DNA of 64,000 nt from Rhina ancylostomus (taxonomy: Eukaryota), in contig JARFYF010000001.1 in the NCBI GenBank assembly GCA_030265395.1, forward strand, positions 46,742,427 through 46,806,426. Direction: 5' to 3'. Made by a program: the position numbers and the translations under genes. Below, piece after piece: positions 1 to 15,300 of this stretch (positions within the stretch are counted from its first letter, which is position 1; each line of letters starts with the position of its first letter). The notes beneath the pieces are model-generated. The model ran no database searches. It was not told the origin of the DNA and saw only the letters and a program-made list of their open reading frames with translations.

Positions 1-7
1 AACTTAC

Positions 8-307
8 ATATTGGATCAATGGCCTTTATAGGTTTTGTTGATTCAATAAAGCTGCTTCTACCATACTGATTTTCAGCAGCCACACGGAACAAATACTGTG
101 TGCCTTCCATTAAGTACTTAGCCATAATGCTGGGCTTTTTGCTTGTGGATGAGATAGGGATCCATTGAGGAGTTGCAACATCTCGTTTTTCAATTATATA
201 GTTAGAGATAACAGCACCACCATTGTCTTCTGGTTCCTTCCATGTCAGATAACATGAATCACTTCTAACTTCACTAATATTCAAGTTACGTGGTGGACCA
301 GGTTTAT
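8..307 (-). CDS. ttn: titin exon, FN3 (~A30)
   Basis: DKPGPPRNLNISEVRSDSCYLTW...; 300 nt, AG/GT. Confidence 0.93.
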
Positions 308-3300
308 CTGAAAATGATTAACAGTTTCCTGTTAATTTAATTACTGAACAAATCAAGTTGATTCAAATTGATACAACTCTCATGTTCCATTCATATTACC
401 TAATACAGTAACAGTACAAGCAGCACTCTTGCTACCAGCTTCATTCTCAACAGTTAATGAATAACATCCACTGTCATCTCTGACAGTATTAAAGATTTCA
501 AGCTTGCTGCTCTTTGGGGTACTTTCAATGTCAGCTTTTTGTGGTACTTCCTTGTCATTCTTTTTCCACATGATCTTTGGAATTGGCATTCCTTTTATGG
601 CTGCACTGAGGGTTAAGATAGTTCCTGCTTTTATGTTTACACATCGAGCCATGTTGGCATCTACAAACAAGTCTGGAGCCTCTGCAAAGGAAATAAGAAA
701 GCTTTACATGTACAGAACCAATTGCACAGAACAAGATTCATTGCAAAACTTTTCAATGTGGAGTGATCCTGTATGTCACTTACCAAGCCTGTCTTTTACT
801 TGGACAGGATCATGAACGTAAGCTGGATCTGATTCACCAGCTTGATTGACTGCGAAAATCCGGAATTTGTAGGTATCACCTTCAGTAAGATCTGCCACCT
901 TAAAATGAAGGTCAGGACAGGACTCTGGTGTTTGATTGGCTTTCTTCCACTCTTCATCACCAACTTTCTGGTATTCCACTAAATATCCCAATATTCTGCC
1001 TCCTCCATCATGACGAGGAGGTTGCCAAGATAANNNNNNNNNNNNNNNNNNNNNNNNNNCTGCTTGAGGAGTAACAGGTGGACTTGGTTTAACTGAATCA
1101 AGAATAAAATAGTGGTCATAACAAATCTTACAAATACATCAGAATTGTTATTTCAAATAAAAGAAAGAAATAGATATAAATTGAATATACCTATTGGATC
1201 TTTTGCAAAGAAGGGTTTAGATGGTGGACTAGGGTCACCAACTCCTATTTCATTTTCTGCGGACACACGGAATTCATATTCACAGCCTTCAAGGAGATCA
1301 GTTACAGTAAACTGGGTATCTGGATAAATTGGCTCTTTGGATACTTTTAACCAGCGATGGGACATTGTTTCTTTCTTTTCCACAATATATTTAAAGATGG
1401 GCTTGCCACCATCCCGTGGTCGATTCCAAACAACCAGAGCAGAATCTTTAGTAATATTTTTTACAACTGGTTGTTCTGGTGCTTCAGGAACCCCTTCAGA
1501 GAAAAGAATTAAAACCAACTAAGTAAAGAAATTAACCAAAATTCCTTACTGCTACACAACAGTTTATAAACCCATTAATAAGAGACAGAACATATTTGCT
1601 ATTGCCATACATAAATAACATCTTATTTTATTATTGAAACAATAATATCTTTAAATGCAATACACTATGAAACTATAAATTGTCATATTCCAGACAATAA
1701 AAGATAGAAAACACACTTGATTTTTAAATTTACTTTTCTCAATATTTCCTTTTATTGACTTCCATCCAATCTGTTAGAAAACTCTGAGGTCTAGCACTTA
1801 CTGTAACGATCTTTGGCTTTAACTTCTTCTGAAAGCAATGGGTCACTGATTCCATACATGTTTTCTGCATAGATACGAATAATATACTCCCGGCCCTCAA
1901 TTAATTTTGGAACTTTGCAAGATGTCTTTGTAGTTGAAGTAGTAACAGGCATCCAGAGCTCTCGGTTTGCATCCCTCTTTTCAACAATATAATTAGTGAT
2001 TACACTGCCTCCATCATCAAGTGGAGGTTTCCAGGAAATATCCATTCTATCTCTGTGAACTTCATTGAAAATAACTGGGCCAACTGGAGGCTGTGGACGA
2101 TCTGAAAAAGGTAACATTTGGTTTCAATCCTGTATTCCAGCTCAATGTTACGAGATCTTAATCTGAAGGAGGTTACAAATAATTAACTTACCAACCACAA
2201 TAACTTCACACAGACCCTTTCGTACTCCTGTGCTGTTTTCCAAAACCACACAGTATTTACCCGAATTAGCACGAACACCTTTCAGAATTATTAGACATAG
2301 TTTTGTTGGAGTTGTGTTTATTTTTATGCAATTTGTCTCTTCAACTGGTTCATCATCCTTAAACCAAGAAACCTTTGGTGTAGGTTTCCCTTTATATCGT
2401 CCTGTCAAGCTGAAGGATTCACCAACACGCACAATAAACTTGTCTCGGAAATCCAGTTCGAGTGATGGTGGTTCTAAAGATAATTACACACAATTATTGC
2501 TATTCTGAAAAAAAATTGAATTTAAAACATAGTTGAAATTAATCTTACCAAGCTGATCCTTGCAAGTTATTGGTTTTGTGCAGAATGATGGTTTCCCTTG
2601 GCCAACCTCATTTACTGCACTGACGCGGTACTCATACGTGTCACCTTCCTTTAAGCCACTATGTGTAAACATCCGATCTAACAATTTCTCTTTAGTAACT
2701 CTGATGAACTTCTCTTTACCAATTAGACGACACTCAAGAACATACATTGTAATATCTGAGCCACCATCATATTTAGGAGGTTTCCATTTCAAGCTAACTG
2801 ATTGCTTTGTAACTGCTGTTACTTCAAGATCTTCAGGACGTTCAGGGACAGCTACAAGTTAGAAAAATAGAAAGATATATGTATTTAGTGGATAAAATAG
2901 ATTTATTTAATATTTAAAAATGGGAAACACTGAATTAGAAACATTACTTACACATTGGCTCTTTAACTATAGTTTCTTGTCTTGTCTGCACCCATGGACC
3001 CATGCCAATGATATTTTCAGCTGCAATTCTAAAGAAATAAGCATTTCCTGGAATCAGACCCTGGACAACGGCATTCTGTCTAGTAACTGTGTAAGTGACA
3101 GGTGACCAGCCACGACGTTCAACTTCACGCTTTTCAATNNNNNNNNNNNNNNNNNNNNNNNNNNNNNNNNNNNNNNNNNNNNNNNNNNNNNNNNNNNNNN
3201 NNNNNNNNNNNNNNNNNNNNNNNNNNNNNNNNNNNNNNTCTGTCTAGTAACTGTGTATGTGACAGGTGACCAGCAACGACGTTCAACTTCACGCTTTTAA

Positions 3301-6300
3301 ATTATATAGTTGGTAATAGCAGAACCACCATCATCTTCTGGAATGAACCATGTTAATCTGCAAGAATCATTTGTCAGGTTTTCACAGCGGAAAGGTTCAC
3401 ATACTGGCCCAGGAACATCTGTAATTAAGAAAAAAATAATTTTACTTGTTCTTGAGAAAAACTGATTGCAAAAATTGTGAAAAAATTGTGCAAAATCAGA
3501 AAATAATATTTACCTAAAACTTCAACAATAATAGTCTTTCTTCTTTCACCTCCTACATTCTTGGCAATAAGGCTGTACACTCCTTGATGCTTTCGCTGAC
3601 AATTCTTTATAACCAGAGCAGAACTGATCACAGTGGTTTCAATTGCAGCTTCTTTTGGTACTGGCTCATCATTCTTTTCCCATGAGATCTCTGGAGCTGG
3701 TTTACCCGATACATATGCCAAGATACGAATTACACCACCAGCATGTACCACAATTCTGTCTCTCACACTGGCATCCAAGTTAATATCTGGAACAACTAGA
3801 ATATAAAAAAAGTTATGTCAGATATTTATTATTGCCAAAGTAATGCATTGAAATAAAACAAAAAAAACATTCTTTTTTTGTCACCTGTTCTATCCTTGAC
3901 TTCAATGGCATCAGAAACCTCTCCTGGATCACCAACTCCAGCAGCATTTACTGCCCTTACCCTGAATCTGTATACATTTCCCTCAATCAATCCTGGAACA
4001 ACAAACTTGGTGCCTCTAATTTCTTTGTCTTTAACCTGTGAATAACCAACAGAAAAGGTGAATATATATATCAAAATAGAGAAATATTTCAATTTGGATG
4101 AAAATATGCAAGCGTCATTCTTCCACAGTAGATAAGTGGCAGATGGGAGGTAAAATCTAACATCTCCGAGCCCTTTTCACATTGCTCTGACATTTCTGAT
4201 TTTGTCTAAAGGGTTAATAAGGCCAGAGGCTATAATAGGTGCAGACTAAACGTGACAATAAGAATGAAATCTCGATACATATGCCAAGATACGAATTACA
4301 CCACCAGCATGGTGGTGTACACACATATGTGTAAAAAGTATAAATCATTACTTTTGAATTTACCTTCTCCCACTCTTCCTTTCCTTCCTCCTTAAATTCA
4401 ACAAAATAGCCAGTGATTCTGGATCCACCATCTTTTGTTGGTGGAGCCCATTCAAGATCTACTGTTGACTTTGTCCAGTCTGTTACCTTAGGAAATGGAG
4501 GACCAGGTGGTGCTGTTTCAAAAAAAAGTAAAGCTATGTGCATCATAAAGCTTAGGTTTCAAAACCGGATTCACAAGAAATGTAGTCTTTAGAATTCTAT
4601 ATTTAGAACATAGAACAACTATGGCACAATTCAGGCCCTTTGGCCCACAAAGCTGTGCCGAACATGTCCCTACCTAGAAATTACTAAGCTTACCTATAGC
4701 TCTCTATTTTACTTAGCTCCATGTACCTATCTAACAGTCTCTTGAAAGACCCTATCGTATCCGCCTCCACCACCATTTNNNNNNNNNNNNNNNNNNNNNN
4801 NNNNNNNNNNNNNNNNNNNNNNNNNNNNNNNNNNNNNNNNNNNNNNNNNNNNNNNNNNNNNNNNNNNNNNNNNNNNNNTACAGACCCCTGAGGTACACCA
4901 CTGGTCACCAACCTCCACTCAGAATACGACCCTTCAACAACCACTCTCTGCCTTCTGTGGGCCAGCCAGTTCTGGATCCACACTGCAATGTCCCCCTGGA
5001 TCCCATGTCTCCTCACCTTCTCCATAAGCCTCACATGGGGCACCTTATCAAATGCCTTACTGAAATCCATATACACTACATCCACTGCTCTCCCCTCATC
5101 CATGTGCTTAGTCACATCCTCAAAAAATTCGATCAGGTTCATAAGACAGGACCTGCCCTTGACAAAGCCAAGTGTTATGTATTTGTTGATGTGTTATTAC
5201 TTCTGCTTTACATTAATAAAAAAACACTGCTTGCATTATAGCGATGCATCTCCAAAGGGCCGCTGACATTACAAAAAGTTAGAATGCATAGAACTGTTTA
5301 AACAGCTGCCAAGTGTGCATCAATCTACAAGAGAAATTGTGCATGTACAAAAATCTCAAAATTCCAACCATGCAAAATGCTCACCTATGGGATCTCTTGC
5401 AACCACTGGGTCGGAAGGTATGCTTGGGGGTCCAACACCTGCTGCATTGATAGCAAACACACGGAATTGATAAAATGAGCCTTCAATAAGGCCAGTTACA
5501 TGATAGGATACTCCAAGTGGCATAATCCTAATTGGATCACGATTTATTCTGTTCCATCTCTTTGCTGAGGTGTCTTTACGCTCTAACCAGTAGCCAGTTA
5601 CTGGAGAGCCACCATCATATTGTGGTTCTTCCCAGTTGACTACCATACTATCATGTTTCACACTACTTACAGTTGGTTTGTCACAAGGTCCAGGTACAGC
5701 TGTAAAAAGAAAATTACCATTTTTAATAAACAAGGTATATTCTTACAGTAATTTTGAATTCAAAGTTTAAAATTTAACATCCTAAGAAATCTTAAAGAAG
5801 TTGGCACAAAAATTCAAATTATTTTGTTATTAAATGCACAGAATTATATACCCTATTTCAATTTTTTCTTAAAAAGTCAACAGAAATACCATTAAGTATG
5901 AACTGAGAACTTCAGATAAATAATTTTATCAGTCCCAGAAATTAGATATTGGATACACATATAATGTCAAAATAAAGAAAATGTGCGAGAAATTTATTTG
6001 AATACATACAAAACAGATTTCTTGCTGTCTCTGGTTCGCTGTCAATAGGTTCACCAATGCCATATTTATTCTGAGCCATAACACGGAATACATATTCGTG
6101 TCCTTCCAATAACTTGGGCACTTCACACATGCATTCTTTAACATCACTGGTAACTTGAATCCAAGTCTTCCTACTTGCTTCTCTCTTTTGAACAACATAG
6201 TTGGTGATCTTAGAGCCACCATCATCTTTTGGAGGTAGCCATGAAAGGGTCATTTTCTCAGCACTAATTCCTTCAAACTTAATAGGACCCACTGGAGGAC

Positions 6301-9300
6301 CAGGAGATCCTAATCAATAGAAAAAGAAAAACATATTTTAAATTATATTTTATAGTATGCATTAACAAAACTAGACATTTAGAGAAATAATAAAAAAAGT
6401 TACCAAGAACATTGAGTCGCATTTCCTTAGAATCAGTGCCCAAGTTGTTTGTTGCAGTGAGAGTGTAAAGACCAGTGTCCTTTCGGAGAGACTGATGAAT
6501 GAGTAGAGTGCAACCATCCTCAGTCACACTTTTGTTGACATGCTGATCATATTCTACTTTAGATTTTTCTTCTGGTTTATGGACAGGTGCTTTGTACCAA
6601 GTCAAAGTTGGGAATGGTGTGCCCTTCACTTTGGCAATAATGTTTATGTCTGTATGTTGTTCTGCCTCTAAGAATTCTTTAAGTTCAATTGCAGGTGCAC
6701 CTAGACGTTAAAATATTCATTGCATTTTAGGAACACTTAAATTTGGAGTTTATGATATTTACATTGGCTAGATATGAGGTAATTGTGCAAATACTTACAT
6801 GTTTGGTCTTTCACAACTATAGGCCCAGCAGAGTTACAAGGTTTACTAGTGCCAGCTTCATTAACAGCTTTTACACGGAATTCATATTCTCCACCCTCAA
6901 TGAGATCTTCTACAGTAAATTTGGTTTCTTCCACATCGCGTCTATTGCATTGTGTCCAGGATTCCTTCCTTTGACCACTGGGATCCAAGGCAAGTCTTTC
7001 AATAATGTAATGCGTTACTGGAGCCCCTCCATCATTCTTTGGTGGCTTCCAGGTAAGTGAAACAGTGTTCTTAGTAACCAAAGCAATTTTGAGTCTCGTT
7101 GGTGGCTCAGGAGGATCTGAAATGTAAAAGCGCATTCATCAAAAAATGGCAAACTGAAGTTGTACGGATATCTGAACTGGGTTAGTAAATTATAAATAAG
7201 AAACTTACGAATTGGATCTCTAGCCCTAGTCCTCTGAATAGTTTCTACTGGTGGGCCAATGCCAAATCGGTTTTCTGCCCGGACACGGAAGAAGTACTCC
7301 TGCCCTTCAATAAGGTCAGGCACAATAAATGATGTGCCGACACAGGAAGCATTAACTTTTACCCAAGCCTTTCCTTCTACAGTCTTTTTCTCCACAACAT
7401 AGCATTTAATTCTGTCTCCACCATCATTGTCTGGAGGCTTCCATGTAAGTCTGCAGGTACTCCTTGTAATGTCACTGACTTTAAGATCTTTTGGTGATCC
7501 TGGCATATCTGTTAAATGTAAAAGATAATTTAAGAGTCATATCAAACTACTGCAATTTATTCTATTTCAAATAAGTTCAAGGAAAAAACTACATACCAAG
7601 AACATTTACTCTGATATGTAATGTCTTTTGACCGGCTTTGTTCTTAGCAGTAATATTGTATCGGCCAGAGTGGTTTCTACTGCATTCTGGAATAACCACA
7701 GCTGTCTTAGTTCCTGCACTTTCAATCTATAAAAGGCAAAAGGAAGAATAATAATTAAGTAAATAAAATGCAAATTCTACTCCTGCAATTCCAAATTTAA
7801 AACACAAATGAAAAAAAATCATAAACTACATTATTACCTGAGCATCAGCTGGCACATTATGCACTTCATCCTATAAAGAATAAAATATCAATTGTTACAT
7901 GTTTTATTCAATTCAAATTTGTTCAGAAGATTCCACCTTAAGCTTGGTCTTCATATTTTTCTGATTATGTCACACTGGATGATGCTAAGTAATTTTTACC
8001 CATGGTTTATATGGCATTATTTCATATTGTCTTGAAGCTGATTTAAACCTAGCTTCAAACATGACACATCCTAACTAGATTTAAAAAGTAAGCCATGAAT
8101 ACCTAGGATGATAGACAAGGGAAATCATAGCTTGTGTAAAAAACTATGAATTACAGAATAATAACTAATCTCCTGCTAGTGAAAAATCTTCATAAACCAA
8201 ACTAATTAGGAATCAACACAAATAGTGGTGACTGGAGATGAATAAGGAGTTCATGTGTTACCTGAATAGAGTAGTCAAAACATTAGCTATGATGCAATTC
8301 TCACTCCTCAGCTACACTGGGGCAGTCTATTCTCATAGTGGCTTTATCCCAAAAAAAATAATTTGCCAACAACTAGGTCAAAAGGTATTATTTCAAGGAA
8401 GGTTTTAAATATGGAAGGCCCAGAGATATTCAGAGATAATGACTATAGAGAAAAAATAGTCTATTACTTGGATATAGTTCTCTTTTGACAGACAACTCAC
8501 TTGCTAGAAGTTTCCAACCATATGTTTATGCATATTGAGCTTCGTGAGCTGCTCAAGAAAAAATATACATATTGTCTTTTCAGAATTTTGTACTGGGTTT
8601 TTCTAACCTGACTGAAGTTACAACTGTGGTGAAGTCAGATACAATCTTTATGTTTAAGATACAGTTAAACAGGCCACTAAATAGGGATGGCATAGAAGGA
8701 TTATGGACTTTATGTGGGCAAATGGAATTTGTGTAGATGGACCGAAAGTCTGGCATGGATGTGGTGGGCTGAAGGGGCCACGTTTCTGTGCTGTACATTT
8801 CTATGAATCTATCCATAACAATTAAATTTCTTTTTAAGATCTATAAGAGAAAAATGCATGACGTTACTGAATGCTATGCACTCAAAAAATGAGTATTGAG
8901 TTAAAAATGGATAGTGGGCAAATTAGCTGTGCCATTGATACCCAAGACTCTTGTGATGCCATATTCATGTAAGGTTCTAAATGAGTTAATGCTCTGGCTA
9001 CCTAGAACAGGGTAAAGCCTGCTTTACTATGCAGACTGGGTTCTTACACCACCCAGCTTTACCAAATATTGAACACTCAACCAAGGAACTGCAGAGAAAA
9101 TTTAAAAAAATCAGCTACTGAAAATTATTGAAGTTATATTTTTTGTGAAGTGCTTCGCAAAATTACTGATGATCGCTGTGAGCCCAGATTAGCTCATGTA
9201 CCTTCATCTCCATTCCCTTTACCTTTCTCTTTGAATTAATATCATTGGAGCCATCTGGATTTCCTGAGCAGCAATGTGCCTTAAAATACTCGATGTAACA

Positions 9301-12300
9301 CTGCATCACCTCATCTATTTAAGTGAAGCCGAATGTTGAATTTGGTTTGGGGTCTCAACCTAGCAAAAATCATCCTAATGATCTGGTTAGCAAGTCAAAT
9401 TTTCTCCTTATGTTTAAGCAGAAAAGAAGCATTTTTGTTAATGTCTTAGGAGAAATGAGAGATATGTATTTTACTCAAGGATACCATTTATTGTTAATTC
9501 TCTTTTAACTGCTCATTCATTCAGGCCCGAATCCTTATTTGGTAAGCTATAGATTTTAATATCCTTTTCAAAAAGTGGAAAATCACACAACATAACATAT
9601 ATTGCAATCATCCATGTTATGGTCAGCGGGTGTCATTATATGGATGTTGGGATACATGAAGTCTGATTGAGGAGATAGTTGGTGATGTTGAATCATAGAG
9701 ACATTCTGAGAGACTTGAGCCAGCCAATCTATGACCTTTCTGGTCAGGAAGATTGTTAATTTAAGACCAATACTTTTCCCAGCCTACCATAAAGTACCCC
9801 TAAATAAACCACAATGACAGATCCACCCAGGAAGGAGTTGAGGTGATATCCTAGAGGACAATGATCTGCTCTGACAGTAAGTAGATTCTATTGAACTGTG
9901 CAACTTGCCTGGGAACCAGTTGGGATTATCCAGTTTGTGGGAAGTGAGAATTTAAGAGCTTTCTGGCTGTCAGAATACCAGCTTGGGACCTTGATTAATT
10001 AGTCTTGCAAATACCAGAAATGGAAATTCTGCATCACTGTTAAGTACATACTACAGAAAGTGACATTTATGAATACTATGAGTTTTAATTAGGGTTAGAA
10101 TTAAGCTGATACTTTGAACATTTAATCTACAATGTTCAAGTCATGTCAAAATGCCACATTAAAGTAAATATTTTTGACTTCTAACTACTTCATACCCATA
10201 AATGTTCGGATGAACTGACACAGGGTGATCAGATAGAAAGTTCTTTGTTCAGAAATGGGTTACTTGCAGAAGATTCCATATGGAGGGGAGGCTTAATTTC
10301 TTGAACACACTTACATAACTATGCAACTTACCTTTTGTTGATCATTAATACCTTTAAATACTGTTGTTGGAAATTCTATAATATTTGGTGTTCTAGCATT
10401 AATCATCTATGCTGGCAAATGAATTTCCCTATCATAATATCGCATATATCCAAGGGATATTGAAATGGGATAACTATGAGTCTATCATGAAGATGTAAGT
10501 GATCGAACTAACATTTAATTCAGACATTTTTATACCTTGATAACTGTTTTAGCTGGTCCTTCAAACTCCCAATTGATCTTGGGAAAAGGACGGCCTGATA
10601 CAATAGCTGGAATTCTCAAAGCTGTTCCTGCATGACAACTGAGGAAATCTTGTGCGCCAACCTCCAATGTAATATCTGGTTCCTCTGCAATCACAAAGAA
10701 AAACATGTTGGCTGTGATCTACAAAATGCAAATACTAGTACTCTTAAATACTGAATCTAGAAGTGTTTACCTAGGGTTTCCTTCACAATTGTTTCTGAAG
10801 TGGATAAACTTGGTTCAGATTCCCCTGCAGCATTAACAGCTTTAATTCGGAACTTGTATTTCTTGAGTGCTTGTAAATTGGGTACCTCATATTCACATTT
10901 AGGAATTAATTTATCTGGCTCTGATGCTCTTTTCCAATCAGATGAACCTTCTTCCTGCATCTCAACAATATAACCTTGGATTGGGCTATGACCATCCTTT
11001 TCTGGGCGTTTCCATGCTAGCTTTATGGTATTCTTGGTTTTATCAGTGACTTCAGGACAGGAGGGAGCACCTGGAGGATCTTGTGGGGGAAAAAAGAACA
11101 TTTAATTCATACGTCAATTTCTCACCATTTTATTGTAGTGTGAGTAAAAACTGTGTGATAGCTTTAATCAGAGCAATTAAAAAAGTTGCATTACCATACA
11201 CCTCACCTTGATTGTTAATTAAAATATCAGTACTGCATTTATGATTGTGTGTGGATTACCTTAGCAATTTTTTATGTAATGAAAAGTTTTAATCAGCTAT
11301 AATTTTTACTTAGGAATTAGAAATGCATAACTGATAAACACAGATTTAATAAAACTTACACTTGGGATCAGATGCCAAAACTGGATCAGAAGGTTCACTT
11401 GGAGGTCCAATTCCAGCAGCATTTATAGCCATCACTCGGAACTGATACTCAACATCTTCTAATAAGCGAAGGACAGTGAAATCTAGGCCTTTCACAGCTG
11501 GCTTTGTCAGAGGAGCTCTATTGACACGTGACCAATACACACCATCTACTTCTCTCTTCTCTATATAATAACCAGTAATTGGAGCACCACCATTGTCCAG
11601 TGGAGGCTTCCAAGATACAAGCATAGAAGACCTTGTAACATCAGACACATTTGGTTTACTCGGTGGTCCTGGAAGGCCGAATGGATCTTTGATTGTCACT
11701 TTTTCAGATAGGCAGCCATCACTAATTCCATATTTGTTCTCTGCTCTAATTCTAAACTGATATTCTCCATCAGTTGTCAGTTTCCATACCTAAAATGGAG
11801 AAAATTTTGATTATATATATATATGTAAAATTTGCTAGATTATTGTAAGAAGTGGTTAAAATATAAATATAATTCAGTAATTAAAAAAGAAACATTACGC
11901 CATATCGTCTTTCAATAATATATTTTGTGATCTCTTCCCATTCGGACTTCTTTGTGCTTGCATCACGCTTGTCAACAATATAATTAGTTATTTCACTCCC
12001 ACCATTGTCTTCAGGGGCATCCCAAGTCAGATAACAGGATTCAGCTTTAACATCAGAAACTTTAAGGTTCCTTGGTGGTGAAGGTTTGTCTATAGTTAAG
12101 AAAAGGTAAAATAAATCAACACTTTAATAATTTTGGGAATTTTTTTATGGAAGTCTCAAAACATTTTCTTGAAATTTTCTTGTGTTTTGTTTCCTTACCT
12201 AGAATATTCACATTCACAGACTGGGATGCTGATCCCAGGCGGTTTGAAACAGTAATAGTGTAAGTATCTGTATCTTTTCTAATGGTTGTAGGAATACTAA

Positions 12301-15300
12301 ACTTAGTTAATGCATTTGTTCTTGACACTGCTTCAGTATCTATCTTCTGTCGGTCAGTTGATTTTTCCACTATATTCTCTCCTTTGCTCCATTCGATTTT
12401 GGGAAAGGGAAGGCCTTCCACCTCAGCTGGAATTTCAACTGGTTCTCCAACTTTAACAGCTATTACATCTTTCTTAACTTTTAGTAGCAGTTTCACAGTA
12501 GGAGGCACTATTGGAAAATAAATGAATCAAAGAACAAAAATGTTAATCAATTAAATTTGGATAAAAATTAACATGAAAATTTTGTTACTGATCAATAGCA
12601 AAGGAAATACTGAATGCATATACCTTCATCATCTTGCACTATGACATTAAGAGTAATTGATGGTTCACTTTCTCCAATTTCATTAACAGCTCTTACACGG
12701 AAGTCATACATGTTTAAGTCTTCGAGATTATCCACCACTAAGGTTGTGTTTGGACAGATCTGTTTGTTAGCTCTTTCAAATTCATGCTGATCATGTCGTT
12801 TCTTTTCCACAAAATATCCTAAAACGGGACGACCACCATCATTTCTTGGAGGTTTCCAGGTGAGTGTGACAGTTGACTTTGTTCTCTCAGAGTACCTAAA
12901 CTTCTCAGGTGAAGTTGGTGGGCCTACAATTAAAGAATATGTTTAATTCAAACATGTAACAGAATGTCCAGAAATTATTTAATAGTCTTGTTTTTCATTT
13001 TTCATACCTAATGGATCAACTGCAGCTATCGGTCCAAGTTCATCGGTGGGGCCACACCCATACTTATTTTTAGCACAAATTCGGAACATATATTCCTGTC
13101 CTTCAAGAAGACCAACAATGTCACATTTGGATTTTTCTGTTTCAATAGGTTGTCTCCAGGAATGCATTTTAGCATCCTTTCTCTCAACAACATAACCGAT
13201 TATATCACTACCACCATCATCTTCAGGTTCCGACCAGTTAAGTAATATCATCTTTCTTGTAACAACTACAGGTTTTAGATCCAGAATAGGCCCAGGAACA
13301 TCTGAAAGAAAAGGTGGCACAAACCATTTAGATTTAATTAAGATTCCAATATAAAACACCAACCTTTTTTTTCAAACTTATAATTTTTTACTATGAGCCT
13401 TACCTACAATATCCACTCGAGTCCATGCAGATTTGCTGCCACTGTTATTTGTAGCAGTAACTATGTATCTGCCAAAATCACTTCTTTTTGAATCCTTTAT
13501 AATTAATTCTGATTTTGTACCAACTGTTTCAATAACAGCAAGTTTTTCATCAAATTTTCCTCCTTCTTCCTTGTTCCATTTAACTTCTGGAGTTGGTCGG
13601 CCTGTAATAATGGCAGGAAGTCTAATGGTTTCTCCAGCCTGTTTTAGGATACCATTTCTTACACTTACATCAAATTCCACTGTTGGAGGTTCTGGAAAGC
13701 AAAATGTATTTTTTGTGAATAGTAATGAAAAATACTGAACAAGATTGAAAAATATAAATCTAAGTATTTTCAGGATTCTTAATACCTTGTGGCTCCTTTA
13801 CGGTTACAACTTCAGTCTGACCAGGAGCTCCTTCTCCAGCATTATTGACTGCCACCACACGAATTATATAATCTGCATCTTCTCTAACTCCAAAGACTGT
13901 GTACTTGAGACCTTTAACTAATTTTTCTGTGCAGCGTGACCATTCCCTTGATCCTATAAGCTGCTTGTCAACGTGATAACCAGTAATGTCCCCTCCACCA
14001 TTGTAGATTGGAGGCTCCCACACTACATCGATTGATGTTGCTGATGTATCATGGATACTTGGTATAGGTGGCCCAGGTGGCACTTAGACAGAAAAGAAAA
14101 AATAATTATAAAATGAATAAGAGCCATATATAATTTTTTGTGATCTCCAAGTGTATCAACTATTGTTAAGCTAATACTTACATATTGGGTCCTGTGCTCT
14201 CTTGGGATCTGATGGCGGACTGAATTTTCCAGGACCAGCTGCATTTTCTGCACAAACCCTGAATAGATATGTTAAACCCTCCATAAGGCCTTCAACTGTT
14301 ACTTTTAGGGCATTTAGTAAGTCTTTATTAACGCGAGTCCAGTGTGTGCTGTTAATTTCTCTTCTTTCAATCCAGTAGCCTAAAATAGGACTACCATTGT
14401 CTTTTGGTTCCTTCCATGTAACAACCATACTATTGCTAGTGGTATCCTCTACTTGAGGTTGATCAGGTGCTTCAGGGGGATCTGAAAAATGAATGATGAG
14501 GATAAGTAAAGAGTAATACTGATAACAATAAACCAATATATGTCAAATAGCAATGGGAAAAATAAGAACATACATTGTATTACTAGGTAATTCTGCAAAG
14601 AATGTTATGACAGTTAATATTTTAATGTAATATTTCACTTTGTGTATGATAGTTTTGAGGAACAAAAGTAAACACTTACCAAATGGATTTTTAGCAACAA
14701 GTGGTTTTGAAACACATGGTGGTCCAGGACCAAATTTATTTTCTGCTGCCACACGGAAAATATATTCTTTTCCTTCAATAAGTTTCAATACATGAAATTT
14801 GCAATGTCTAAGAGTTGTTGTTACAGTAATCCAGCCAATTCCAGGTTTGGAATTATCTTTCTTCTCCAAGATATAGTTAAGAATTTCACTGCCACCATTG
14901 TCCAAAGGAGGATCCCATTTACAGATGACAGAATCATTTCTAACTTCCTCAAATATGAAATTGACAGGTGGGCCAGGTGTGTCTGGAATGCCAAATACAA
15001 ATTGCTTAATTATGTTAAAGGAAACAACTCTAAATATTTACATTTTTTAGCAGCTTCTTCTAAAAATATTGTAACATCAATGAAAGAATTTGTATAACAT
15101 CTCACCTAAAACATTCACATCACAACTTGCACGAGCAACACCATGATCATTTTCTACTTTGATAGTATATTTTCCATAGTCTTTTCTGATGGAATCCCGC
15201 ACTATCATTTGAGACTCCCCTTTTTTGCTGTTGTCAAGAGTTAACCGTTCGGGTAGACTGAGAGAGAAAGGCTCTTCCTCCTCCACAACTTCCTTCTTCC

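Noticed and set aside
3075-3302. Apparent tandem duplication within an FN3 exon
   Set aside because: The copies flank a 100-N gap, and collapsing them restores a 303-nt exon. This is a scaffolding overlap.
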